From NCBI RefSeq assembly GCF_018350175.1, contig NC_058368.1, positions 130,078,001 through 130,142,000 on the forward strand: a stretch of 64,000 nt of DNA, read 5' to 3'. The notes beneath the pieces were generated by a model. That model had not been told where the DNA came from, searched no databases, and was given only the letters and a program-made list of their open reading frames with translations. The translations under genes were made by a program, and so were the position numbers. This document shows positions 12,843 through 24,799 of this stretch, piece by piece (the first letter of the stretch is position 1; every line of letters begins with the position of its first letter). The DNA is from Felis catus. Taxonomy: Eukaryota.

Positions 12843-14011
12843 CGATCCTCTCTCCTACCCCGTTAGATTATAAAGTCCCGGAGGCGGAGGCTTTGGTGGT
12901 GGTGTGATGGAACCTTCCCTTTCCTTGACTCTCTTCATCAATGTCGGTGAACTCAGTACTCATGACTTGGTGCTGTGACTTCCCTGAAGGCTCTTTGGAC
13001 CTGGGTGGCTCTCCAGGAGCCTTCTCATCTTCCTCAGATGTGGAGCAGTGGGTGCACTTCCCACGTCTGCCAGGATGAGGCAGCATTGCCCTCCTATCTT
13101 GAGAAGAAGGGTGCTATCTCAGGCCAGAGAAGGGAAAATCCAGAAAAAAAGGATAAATTGTGAACAGGGGCCTAGATGCTTCCAGATCGAGATGGAAGGG
13201 GGTTTGAGTCTGAGAGTAAGAGATTTAAGGTGGGCCTGAAGGGAAAAGAGGCCCACATGGCAAGTCTGTACTGACTGTGTCTGAATCCAAATAATGAATA
13301 TTTTTCACTGAGGTAGGAAGCAAGGCCATGAAAGCTAGTTGGATTAGCTAAAGCTGTCAGCCACTCAGAGAACTCAGCCAGACCCTGAAATCCAGCCAAG
13401 GATGCTGGGCCAGCCTCCGACTGTGATTTCAGAGCGGGTATATTAATTTACTTTTACTGTGATTCTACTGTGAATGAGATTTGTGCTTTCAAGAAAAAAA
13501 AATTATATTAATCATGTGTGAGGGGCCGGGAAGTGACACTGGACTTGGAAGACACAGATTAGAGGTTGATCTTGGTTCCAATTAAGTGACCTGCCTCTCA
13601 GAAGCTCAGTTTACTCACCTCTAAGTTGGGTTGTGATCTATGCTCCACTAAGGGGTAATGTGGAGGTGAAATTCATGCCTTTTCCAGAAGGTGGCAGCAC
13701 ACACTAGAAGTCAGCCACCAGCTATTTCCTATAACTAGGATCCCTTGAGGAAAGTGGAGGAAAAGTCAGGACATTCTCCCACCTGGAGCTCCCTTACTTC
13801 TTGACCAGGTGATGGTGTTCCAGCCAGGGCTCTAGCAGCATAAACTATGCTGTGGCTGTCTGGAAAAATCTTCCCTAGTGGGCTCTTATTCTTTCAGCTG
13901 TTTCTTCCCACGTCCCCCTTGGTGCCCTCCCCCTTCTCCCCATCTCCTTAGCTTGGATATCAGACTGTTCCCCTTGGCACCCTCTACTAAAGGGTAGAAG
14001 TTATGGGTCTT

Positions 14012-14121
14012 TTTTTTTCTTAATTAATTTATTTTTTTTAGTTTACATCGAAATTAGTTAGCATACAGCGCAACAATGATTTCAGGAGTAGATTCCTTAA
14101 CGTCCCTTACCCATTTAGCCC
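14012..14121 (-). mobile_element. Very short L1 3' end, terminal part of the 14012-20795 insertion
   Basis: polyT then gtttacatcgaaattagttagcata...cccttacccatttagccca, similar to the L1 tail at 14589-14665. Confidence 0.9.
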
Positions 14122-14816
14122 AACAGATCGGATTTTTTAACGAAGTATTTACAGGCTTTCAGGTAGGAGAGAGAATGCTTCTAGGGGAAGTTTCCCTTAG
14201 ACTAGTAGCCAGGGATTCTATGTCCTGTCAGAAAAATGAGGGCCATTATGTTATGGGAGAGAGTTTGGCACTAAGGAATGGAACTGATTTTATTTGTCCA
14301 GATAAAAGACAAATGAGGATATGATACCCAGCTGTGGTAAAATCAAAGCAGAAACTCAGATTTTATTCTCATGGCTCCTGATAAACCTAGGAAATCAAAC
14401 ACGCGTGGTGATGCCTTCCTGGCTATGGCAGCTCCATAATGGGTACTTGAATGGGTCCTAAATGAAAAGGCTGTTCAGTACAGTCCACTCATTTGTTATA
14501 CTGTCTTGACAATGTATCACCATGGGATCAGTGAGGTTGGGGAACAAGTTCTTTTTTTTTTTTAACTTTATTTTTTATTTGTTAACATTTACATCCAAAT
14601 TAGTTAGTATATAGTGAAGCAATGATTTCAGTAGATTCCTTAATGCCCCTTACCCATTTGGCCCATCCCCCCCTCCCACAACCCCTCCAGCAACCCTCAG
14701 TTTGTTCTCCATATTTATGAGTATCTTTTGTTTTCCCCCCTTCCTGTTCTTATATTATTTTTGTTTCCCTTCCCTTATGTTCATCTGTTTTATCTCTTAA
14801 GGTCTTCATATGAGTG

Positions 14817-14954
14817 TTGTTCTAGCTCTGTGAAGAATTCTGGTGTTACTTTGATAGGGATTGCATTGCATATGTAGATTGCTTTGGGTAGTATCGACCT
14901 TTTAACAATATTTCTTCTTCCTTTCCAGGAGCACGGAATCTTTTTCCATTTCTT

Positions 14955-15011
<57 letters not shown>

Positions 15012-17659
15012 TTATTTTTTAAAGATTTTTTTTAACGTTTATTTATTTTTGGGACAGAGAGAGATAGAGCATGAATGGGGGAGGGGCAGAGAGAGAGGGA
15101 GACACAGAATCGGAAACAGGCTCCAGGTTCTGAGCCATCAGCCCAGAGCCTGATGCGGGGCTCGAACTCCCGGACCGCGAGATTGTGACCTGGCTGAAGT
15201 CGGACGCTTAACCGACTGTGCCACCAAGGCGCCCCATCTTTTTCCATTTCTTTGTGTCTTCTTCTATTTCTTTCACCAACTTTCTATAGTTTTCAGTGTA
15301 TAGATTATTCACCTCTTCGGTTAGATTTATTCCTAGGTATTTTATGGTTTTTTCTGCAATTGTAAATGGGATCGATTCCTTGATTTCTCCTTCTGTTGCT
15401 TCATTGTTGGTGTATAGGAATGCAACTGATTTCTGTGCATTGATTTTATATCTTGTGACTTTGCTGAATTCATGAATCAGTTCTAGCGAGTTTTTTGGTG
15501 GAATCTTTTGGGTTTTCCATATAGAGTATCATGTCATCTGCAAAGAGTGAAAGTTTGACCTCTTCCTGGCCAATTTGGATGCCTTTTATTTCTTTGTGTT
15601 GTCTCATTGCTGAGGCTAAGACTTCCAATACTATGTTGAATAACAGTGGTGAGAGTGGACATCCCTGTCTTGTTCCTGACCTTAGGGGGAAAGCTCTCAG
15701 TTTTTCCCCATTGAGGATGATATTAGCATTGGGTCACTCGTATATGGCTTTTATGATCTCAAGGTATGCTCATTCTATCCCTACTTTCTTGAGGGTTTTT
15801 ATCAAGAAAGGATGCTGTATCTTGTCAAATGCTTTCTCTGCATCTATTGAGAGGATTATATGGTTCTTGTCCTTTCTCTTATTGATGTGATGAATCACGT
15901 TAATTGTTTTGCAGATATTGAACCAGCACTGCATCCCAGGTATAAATCCCACTTGGTGGTGGTGAATAATTTTTTTAATGTATTTAATAATTTTTTAATT
16001 GTGAATAATTAGCTGGTTGGCTAATATCTTGAGGATTTTTGCATCCATGTTCATCAGGGAAAGTGGTCTATAGTTCTCCTTTTTAGTGGGGTCTCTGTCT
16101 GGTTTTAGAATCAGGGTAATGCTGGCTTTATAGAAAGAGTTTGGAGGTTTTCCTTCCATTTCTATTTTTTGGAACAGTTTCAAGAGAATAGGTGTTAAGT
16201 CTTCCTTAAATGTTTGGTAGAATTCCTCTGGAAAGCCATCTGGCCCTGGACTCTGTTTTTTGGCAGATTTTTGATTACTAATTCGATTTCCTCACTGGTT
16301 ATGGGTCTGTTAAAATTTTCTATTTCTTCCTGTTTCAGTTTTGGTAATATATGTTTTTAGGAATTTGTCCATTTCTTCCAGATTGCCCATGTTGTTAGCA
16401 TATAATTGCTCATAGTATTTTCTTATTATTGTTTTTATTTCTGCTGTGTTGGTTGTGAACTCTCCTCTTTCATTCTTGATTTTACTTATTTGGGTCCTTT
16501 CCTTTTTCTTCTGGATCAAACTGGCTAGTGGTTTATCAGTTTTGTTTACTCTTTCAAAGAACCAGCTTCTGGTTTCATTGATCTGTTCTACTGTTTTTTT
16601 TTTTTTTTGGTTTTGATAGCATTAATTTCTGCTCTAATCTTTATTATTTCCTGTCTTCTGCTGGTTTTGGGTTTTATTTGCTGTTTTTTTTCCAGGTCAT
16701 TAAGGCATAAGGTTAAGTTGCATATCTGAGATCTTTCTTCCTTCTTTAGGAAGGCCTGGATTGCTATATACTTTCCTTTTATGACCGCCTTTGCTGCGTC
16801 CTAGAGGTTTTGGGTTGTGGTGCTATCATTTTCATCGACTTCCATATACTTTTTAATTTCTTCTTTAACTGCTTGGTTAGCCCATTCATTCTTTAATAGG
16901 ATGTTCTTCAGTCTCCAAGTATTTGTTACCTTTCCAAATTTTTTCTTGTGGCTGATTTCGAGTTTCATAGCATTGTGGTCTGAAAATATGCATGGTATGA
17001 TCTCAATCTTTTTGTACTTACTTAGGGCTGATTTGTGTCCTAGTATATGGTCTATTCTGGAGAACATTCCATGTGCACTGGAGAAGAATGTATATTCTGC
17101 TGCTTTAGGATGAAATGTTCTAAATGTATCTGTTAAGTCCATCTGGTCCAATGTGTCATTCAAAGCCATTGTTTCCTTGTTGATTTTTTGTTTAGATGAT
17201 CTGTCCATTGCTGTGAGTGGGATGTTGAAGTCTCCTACTATTATGGTATTACTATCGATGAGTTTCTTGATGTTTGTGATTAATTGATTAATATTTGGGT
17301 GTTCAACATTTGGTGCATAAATGTTTACAATTGTTAGGTCTTGTTGGTCTATAGAACCCTTGATTATGATATAATGCCCTTCTGCATCACTTGATACAGT
17401 CTTTATTTTAAAGTCTAGATTGTCTGATATCAGTATGGCTACTCTGGCTTTCTTTTTTTGACCATTAGCATGATTGATGGTTCTCCATCCCCTTATTTTC
17501 AATCTGTAGGTGTCTTTAGGTCTAAAGTGGGTCTCTTGCAAACAGCATATAGATGGGTCTTGTTTTCTTATCCATTCTGTTACCCTGTGTATTTTGATTG
17601 GAGCATCGAGTCCATTGATGTTTACAGTGAGTAATGAAAGATATCAATTTATTGCCATT
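14817..17659 (-). pseudogene. L1 ORF2p (endonuclease and reverse transcriptase), disrupted and C-terminally deleted
   Basis: EN motifs QETH, GDFN, SRIDH, SDHN (16801-17541); RT motifs [38 protein letters not shown]; stops, frameshifts and a SINE insertion. Confidence 0.93.
14956..15235 (-). mobile_element. CanSINE inserted in L1 ORF2, (TTTA)n tail
   Basis: Perfect 18-bp TSD atctttttccatttcttt (14938-14955, 15236-15253). Confidence 0.97.
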
Positions 17660-17770
17660 ATGATGCTTGTAGAGTTGGAGTTTTTCGTGGTGTTCTCTGG
17701 TCCTTTCTAATCTTTTGTTGCTTTTGGTATTTATTTATTTATATATGTATATAATTTCATCTTTTTCCCC

Positions 17771-18647
17771 TCAGAGAGTCCCCCTTAATATTTCTTGCAG
17801 GGCTGGTTTAGTGGTCACAAACTCCTTTAAGTTTTGTTTGTCTGGGAAACTTTTTATCTCTCCTTCTATTTTGAATGACAGCCTTGCTGGATAAAGAATT
17901 CTTGGCTGCATATTTTTCTGATTCAGCACACTAAATATATCCCGCCATTCCTTTCTGGCCTGCCAGGTTTCTGTGAATAGGTCTGCTGCAAACCTGATCT
18001 GTCTACCCTTGCAGATTAGGGGCTTTTTTCCTTGCTGCTTAACGATTCTCTCCTTGCCTGAGTATTTTGTGAATTTGACTATGATATGCCTTGTTCATGG
18101 TCGGTTTTTGTTGAATCTAATGGGGTTCCTCTGTGCTTCTTGGATTTTGATGTTTGTGTCTTTCCCCAGGTTAGGAAAGTTTTCTGCTATGATTTGCTCA
18201 CATAAACCTTCTACCCCTATTTCTCTCTCTTCCTCCTCTGGGACCCCTATGATTTTCATGTTGTTCCTTTTTAATGAGTCACTGATTTCTCTAATTCTTA
18301 ACTCATGCTCTTTTGCCTTAATCTCCCTCTTTTTTTTCTGCCTCGTTACTCTGTATAAGTTTGTCCTCTATATGGCTGATTCTCTGTTCTGCCTCGTCCA
18401 TCCTTGCCACCGCTGCATCCATCCGTGAATGCAGCTCAGTTAATGCATTTTTAATTTCATTCTGGCTATTTTTTACTTTTATCTCTGCAGAAAGGGATTC
18501 TAATCTATTTTCGACTGTAGCTGGTATTCTTATTGTCGTGATTCTAAATTCTGGTTCAGACATCTTGCTTGTGTCTGTGTTGGTTAAATCCCTGGCTGTC
18601 GTTTCTTCGTGCTCTTTCTTTTGGGGTGAATTCCTTCGTTTTGTCAT
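17771..18647 (-). pseudogene. L1 ORF1p, frameshifted
   Basis: MTKRRNSPQKKEHEETTARDL...coiled coil (ORF 18318-18647); frame breaks at an A run near 18330; stop near 17771. Confidence 0.9.
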
Positions 18648-18849
18648 TTTGAAGGGAGAAAAGGAATTAATGAGGTAGAAAAATTGAAATTAAAAAAAAA
18701 TATTAAATTTAAAAATTAAAAACACACCCACACAAAAATCGAATAGATGATGCTAGATCCCAGGTGTGTTTTGGTCTGGGTGTAGAAAGTGGTTTGACAG
18801 ATTAGAGAAACAAACAAACAAACGAAAAAAGGGGGGGGGGAGAGAAAAC

Positions 18850-19520
18850 AAAAAGGAAATCGTTTGAGAATTTGAAAAAATGAATACACTAAAGTAAACT
18901 AAAATACACAAAAGTAGAGAATATAGTAGAAAAAAATTAGTGAAAAATATTTTAATAAAAATTAAAAAGAAATATGAAGTTTTTCATTTTCTGTATTTAA
19001 GAAAAAAGAAATGAAACGAAAAAGAGAAAAAAGATAAAAAAAGAAAAAAGGAAAAGACAAAAAAAGAAATCGTTTGAGAGTATGAAAAAGTGAATACACT
19101 GTAGTAGACTGAAATAAAATGATGGGACTAAGATAGAATTTGAAAAAAGTTACATAAAAGCAAAAAATATAGTAATAAAAATTAAATAAAAATATTTTTA
19201 AAAGAAATTGAAAGTAAAAATGAAGTTTTTCTCTTTCTGCATTCAAGAACATGAAAAGAAATGAAAAAGAGAAAAAAGAAACAAAAAACAGGAAATTGTT
19301 TGAAAATTTGAAAAGGTGAGTACATTGAAGTAGACTAAAATAAAATGATGGAAGTAAAGTAGAATTTGAAAATAATTACACAAAAGTAAAAAATATAGTA
19401 ATAAAAATTAAAGACAAATATTTTTAATAAAAATTGAAAATAAAAATGAGTTTTTTCTCTCTCTGTATTCAAGAAAATAAAAGAATTGTAAAAGAGAAAA
19501 AGGAGGAAGAGAGGAAAAAA
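18850..19520. repeat. Three diverged AT-rich tandem units of about 210-230 bp in the L1 5'UTR
   Basis: gaaat(c/t)gtttga...gaaaaa.tga.taca recurs near 18856, 19066 and 19292. Confidence 0.85.
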
Positions 19521-21871
19521 AATTGAAGAGATGAGCCTGCTAACAGATTGAAGTAGGACTGAAATTGCTTTGTTTCCCCTAGAGGTCAGTCCATGTAGCT
19601 CTTTATAGTGCATAGATTAAGTCGGCGGTGAGGTTTGTGTTCTTGAAGAGCGAAGTTGGCCCAGTTGGGCGGGGCTCGGTGTAACAGCTCTGCTCTCCCC
19701 TAGAGGGCGCTGCTAGCCTACTGAGGTGGATTGTTGCCGTGCTTGTTGGTGTGCATGCGCGGAAGCGGTGAAAAATGGTGTCACTCAGCCACCCAGTCTT
19801 TTCTCCCAGATCAGCAGTCGCACACTGGTCCTCCGTCTTCAGCTCTCATCCACTCCCCACTTTTCACTCTCCCTGACCAGGCCCCAGGCAGTATCTCTCT
19901 CCCAAGTTTTGTCTCAGATGCGGCTGTTTTCCCCCGTCCCTTACTTCCGAAGGACTGCGGCTTTGACCCGCTCCGCCTCTCTGTGGGAGGGTCTCACCGA
20001 GGGATGGCCGAATGAACAATGGCCTGATGTCGGCTGCACCCAGGAATGCCCGCTGGACCCTGCTGTTGCCTGTGCCCTGAGACTGCGGCCAGGTGCCAGC
20101 CTGCCCCCCCAAAAGATCGCGAGACAGTGTAGCCTCAGTGTTTCAGGGACCATGGAAAATCGCAACCCACATCTGGCACCAGGCATCACCCTCAACAACC
20201 TTGCCCCAGCACCAGCAAATGTGGCTGCCTTCCGGGGTCTACTGGGACCAGGTGGCTTCAACAGTCTCTACCAAATGTCCTTCCAGCAGTGGAACCGCTT
20301 TTCCCCGTGTGGCCCGAGAACCTCCTGGACCCCACTCTGTTCCTGGGGATTCGCCTTTCCCACCAGAGCACCGCCAGGTATCGAGCTGCGGAGTTGCAGC
20401 CTTTGCGCTCCCCTTGTTTACAGTTTTAATGGGATTTAAACCCTCTCCTTGATCCTTTCTCCCTTTTTAGTTTAGTCCCTGCGGCTGTTTCCAATTTTCC
20501 ACTTTCTCTCCAGCTGCTTTTGGGGAGGGGTGCTTTTTCCGTATGCTCCCCCCCTCCCCAGTCCCAGTCCCTGTCCTCTCTCCATCCTTTTGTGGGGTTC
20601 CCTACCTTTTGGGGCTTCTTGCTCCCCAAGTTCAGTTCTTCATGTCGCATATCTGCTGAATTCTGTGGTTCAGGTTGTGCAGATTGTTGTGTTAATCTTC
20701 CAATCGGTTTTCTAGGTGTGTAGGATGGTTGAGTGTTGGTCAGGCTGTATTTCATGGACGTGAGACCCACAAAAACTTCCATGCTTGGCTCCTCTGAAGT
20801 TATGGCTCTTATTCACTAGGATGCATACACTTCGCGGTAGAGAAGCACGTGGTGTAGATACATAAGGACATTGTGTTAGGGTAGTTTCTGATATGAATGG
20901 GAAGTATTCTTACTCCCTCACTTAAGGACAGGACCCTGCCAACAGGCAGGCTCCAGGATATGACCATGTCAGGCTTCCATCTGCGAAGGTCCTCTCTTAC
21001 ATAACAAACAGAGCCATCTATGGCTAACCTAAACCCCCTGCTTAGAGAGCAGTTCTCCCACATTTGCATCTCAGTCCCTTTACACTATTAAATATTACTG
21101 AGGATTTTAAAGAACTTTTATCTATCCATCTTTATCATGATAGAAATTAAAATACTTGGCAATATTTATTTAAGAATAACAATAATAAATCCATTGCATG
21201 TTAACATAAATAACAGGTGTTTTATGAAAAGTAACTCTTTTATGCAAAACAAAAAACTGAGTGAGAAGAGTGACATTGTTCTATATTTTTACAAATCTCT
21301 ATAATGTCTGGCTTAAAGAGAGATAACTGAATGGCACTTTGTTGCAATCTGTTGTGTTGGTTGAAGCATATGAAGAAAATTTGAACTTACCTGAATATCT
21401 GGTTGGAAAAAGGACAACTATTTTGTTAGTCTTTTCAGATAATTGTGAATATTCTTCTTTGATGTTCACTCACAACTCAACCATAGTAAGAGGTAGTGTC
21501 TTCACATTGAGTTGCATTGGAGAATCTGAGAACACGTCAATGATTTTTTTTCCACCGTACATTAAAATCCATTGGACTAGATTGCACTTTGTTTTTTCTT
21601 ATTTTATCTTTTTATTTTTTATTATTGTTATTTGTATCTTGCACTTTGGATGGATCATTTTTCCATACATGATTTTATAGCATGATGCATTGGTCATTTG
21701 GAAAATATTAGGTCACTAAGTTATGCAGGTCTTCCCAATGCTGACAGATTTTGTTAAATGGTATCAGAAAATCACAGATGTTTATGTCACCATCCATCTT
21801 ATCACAGAAGTTTTTAAGCATTTGGAAACTGTTCATATCATAGTTGTAGATAGAAAATTTTCAAAATTCTA

Positions 21872-22030
21872 TTATTTTTTTTAGAGAGCATGTAGTGAGC
21901 AGGGGTGGGGGAGAGAGAACCTTAAGCAAGTTCCATGCTAAGCACAGAACTAAGCTTGATTTTATGAGTTCCTGACCTGAGCCGGAATCAAGAGTCAGAC
22001 ACTCAACCAACTGAGCCACCAGGCACTCCC
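21872..22030 (-). mobile_element. CanSINE (older)
   Basis: ctgagccaccaggcactccc end; TSD aaaattcta. Confidence 0.88.
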
Positions 22031-22384
22031 TAAAATTCTAATTCTTGCTTGAGAGCTTGTATCTGTATTGTTGCTAACAAATACTGTTACTTTTTCTTGA
22101 AATGACAGGCATACTTGATTTGTTGTTGGAAAAATGTCCACCAACCAGTTTGTCAGTCATTCCTTCAAGTAAGATGTTGTTCCTTGAACCAAGCAGTTCA
22201 GTTCTAAACTCGAACAATCCTACAATTGCTTCTCCTAGAGACCACCCCAAGATAGCTGAAGTGCTGTATGTGCACTTCCTATTTTGACACGAGCTTATTA
22301 AAAAGATGTGTACTCAGGGTTGAGATGAATAAAATTGGTATTTCTTTAACTGATTCATCGAGATTTTTAAGTGAAACAGACTTT

Positions 22385-22601
22385 AAAAAATTTTTTTAAT
22401 GTTTTATTTATTTTTAAGAGAGAGAGAGACAGAATGTGAGCAGGGGAGGGGCAAAGAGAGAGCGAGGTACAGAATCTAAAGCAGGCTCCAGGCTCTGAGC
22501 TGTCAGCACAGAGACCGACGTGGGACTCCAGCTCATGAACTGTGGGATCATGACCTGAGTCAAAGTCAGATGCTCAACCGACTGAGCCACCAGTCGCCCC
22601 C
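22385..22601 (-). mobile_element. CanSINE
   Basis: Full body; TSD aacagacttt. Confidence 0.95.
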
Positions 22602-23769
22602 AACAGACTTTTGTTTTGTTTTGTTTTGGTTTGGTTTAACTGGGAATATATGCTTCTGAAGAATACAATGAAATTTAGTGCACGTTGGGGCTGCTGCCTG
22701 CCTCGGTTTGTGTTAAAATGCCAGCAGTTTTAATCATCACTGCATTTGTAAATGTCAGAAACCACGAAGAAAGCAAATGATGTCTTAATATAATTAAGAA
22801 ATTTCAGCCTCATGGACCACCTGACAGGGTCTCAGGGACCCTGGATGCTTTGTGCGCTAGACTCTGAGAACTGAGACTTGGAGTATTTTACTTGCCTCAG
22901 ATGATGTGCAAAAGTCGTAGAATCATGGTTTTCCTTCAGGCCTTTTGATGCTGAGCACAGTTGAGGAACCAGATACCAAGATATCTAGAAAAGTCAGGAT
23001 CTTTCAGTGCTTAGGGACAATGCACAGATGCTATGTGGTACCAATGAGAAAATGCAAAGGATCTCTAGAACATTCTAAGTGAAGGTTACTAGAACCAGCC
23101 TTTTTCTCTGTATCTTTGGGTAATGTTGTATTTCTTCTTTCCCCTGGTGTGGGTGCTTATGATGGTGTCCTGCACTCGGGAAAGAGACTTTTGTCTTGTC
23201 TTTCTATCTCCCTTTCCTTCATGTTAGCTTGGTTCAAAATAACCTGGTTTTTGAGCTGTGAGGGAATCTTCTTATACAAGAACCGTGACCTAAAGATCAA
23301 TCTCCAGACTTCTCTTTTCTTCTTATAAGTTACTTGCAAGCCTCAAAGGACCAGACTGTTTCAAGAGGGATCCTGGCACTGGCCAAAATAATTTAACCAT
23401 GACCATCAGTCTGTTTAGTATCTGAAAGACCTGTGTCAGAGTTCAAGAGGAAGGAGTATTCCTGAATGCTATGGGGACACCTGGAGGTGGTGATGTGGTT
23501 CTGAATATGAAGAAAGGATGATTGGAGGGAATAGTCTGGCTCTGAGACTGGCGGGAAGATGGTCCCACTCAAATAATCTACTGACTCCTCAGCAAATGCT
23601 TGGCTGGCAAGGGATTGCAGACTACCATAGTCTCTTTATAGGCTGTATGTTAAGGTCCTGGTGCTTCTTAGGTCCTAGAAAAGGAAGAGGAAATCTATCA
23701 CCATGTAGAAGGTACTCAGGTCCCTTACCTTCTGTAAAGGCTTTGTACATCAGTTCTAACATTTACTAG

Positions 23770-23945
23770 CCCCCTGACCTTGGGTGACTTTCTCTACTAT
23801 TTTATGTTACATTTTTGTGTATAAATTGAGATTATGCTTACCATACAGGAGGGTGAGGATTAAATGGATTAGTACATGTAAAGTGCATGTTTAGGAACAG
23901 TACTGGCCAGAATAAGTGATCAATAAAATGTAAACTGTTATTAAT
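23770..23945 (+). mobile_element. MIR remnant
   Basis: tgaccttgggtgactt...gtgaggattaaatgg...tgtaaagtgc. Confidence 0.65.
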
Positions 23946-24001
23946 TTCATTTCATTGAATCCTCTTGTAACCAAAATAGATAGAAGTGATTACTTCCTAT
24001 C

Positions 24002-24218
24002 TTTTTTTTTTTTTTTTTTAGTGTTTATTGATTTTTGAGAGGGAAAGAGAGCGAGAGAGAGAGGGCACGAGAGAGCACATGAGTAGGGGGAGGGCAGAGA
24101 GAGAGGGAGACACAGAATCTGAAGCAGGCTCCAGGCTCTAAGCTGTCAGCACAGAGCCCAATGTGGGGCTTGAATCCACAAACTGTGAAATCATGACCTG
24201 AGCCAAAGTCCGATGCTT
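24002..24218 (-). mobile_element. CanSINE lacking its 5' head
   Basis: polyT, AG tract; body stops at aaagtccgatgctt. Confidence 0.92.
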
Positions 24219-24239
24219 CCTTTAGTAAACATTTAGTAA

Positions 24240-24440
24240 GACATGCATGGATGGCTCACTCAGTTAAGTGTTTGACTCTTGGTTTTGGCTCAAATCATGA
24301 TTTCACAGTTCAGTTCATGAGTTTGAGCCCCATGTCAGGCTGTGCCCTGGCGGCCCAGAGTCTTCTTCGCATTCTTTCTTCTCTCTCTCTCCCTCCTTGC
24401 TTGCACGTTCTCTCTAAATAAATACATTTTTTTTAAAAAA
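24240..24440 (+). mobile_element. CanSINE (diverged)
   Basis: tggatggctcactcagttaagtg head, CT tract, aataaa. Confidence 0.88.
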
Positions 24441-24554
24441 TTTGATAAAATTTGTCTACTTTTCTCCTGTTAATCAGTCAATCTCCTTTGTCAGTTTAAT
24501 TTTCAGACCCAGCCAGGACTTTAAGAGGGTCAAGGAAAAGTTTCTTTCCCAACA
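24441..24554 (+). mobile_element. 3' end of an ERV1-type LTR
   Basis: ttttctcctgttaatc...tttgtcagtttaattttcagacccagcc...taagagggtcaaggaaaagtttctttcccaaca. Confidence 0.65.
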
Positions 24555-24799
24555 AGACACGAATAATTTCTATATAGTGGTAGATAAAACCACCAATATT
24601 ATGGGTTTTAACCCATACAAAATACCCAGCTACAGAATACCCAGCTTCTCAACTGTTCTCTGAACTAGTGTTAACATCTTAATGGTCCTTTCATTAATTA
24701 ATGAGCTAACTACAATCTTTGATATGTGTTCATTTTACATTTGCATGAAACTCATGAGATTATGTATGTGAAATTATGCCTTAACAGAAGTAATCACTT

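Larger units (their letters stand above)
14552..20795 (-). mobile_element. 5'-complete, internally deleted, inactive cat-type LINE-1
   Basis: CpG-rich 5'UTR about 19560-20795, AT-rich tandem region, ORF1, ORF2 EN and RT, fused to the 3'UTR near 14816, polyA at 14552. Confidence 0.97.
21048..22872. mobile_element. Ancient hAT-Charlie transposon (Charlie2-like) containing two SINEs
   Basis: Termini agcagttctc...ccctttacactatt and cctcatggaccacctgacagggtctcaggg...tgagaactg. Confidence 0.7.

Noticed and set aside
14540..14551. aagtt as a 5-bp TSD for the long L1 alone
   Set aside because: Too short, and superseded by the 14/15 match at 13997-14011
19726..20439. 237-aa ORF antisense to the L1 5'UTR (ORF0-like?)
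   Set aside because: GTG start in GC-rich, stop-poor repeat sequence; no recognisable domain; ORF0 is described for primate L1
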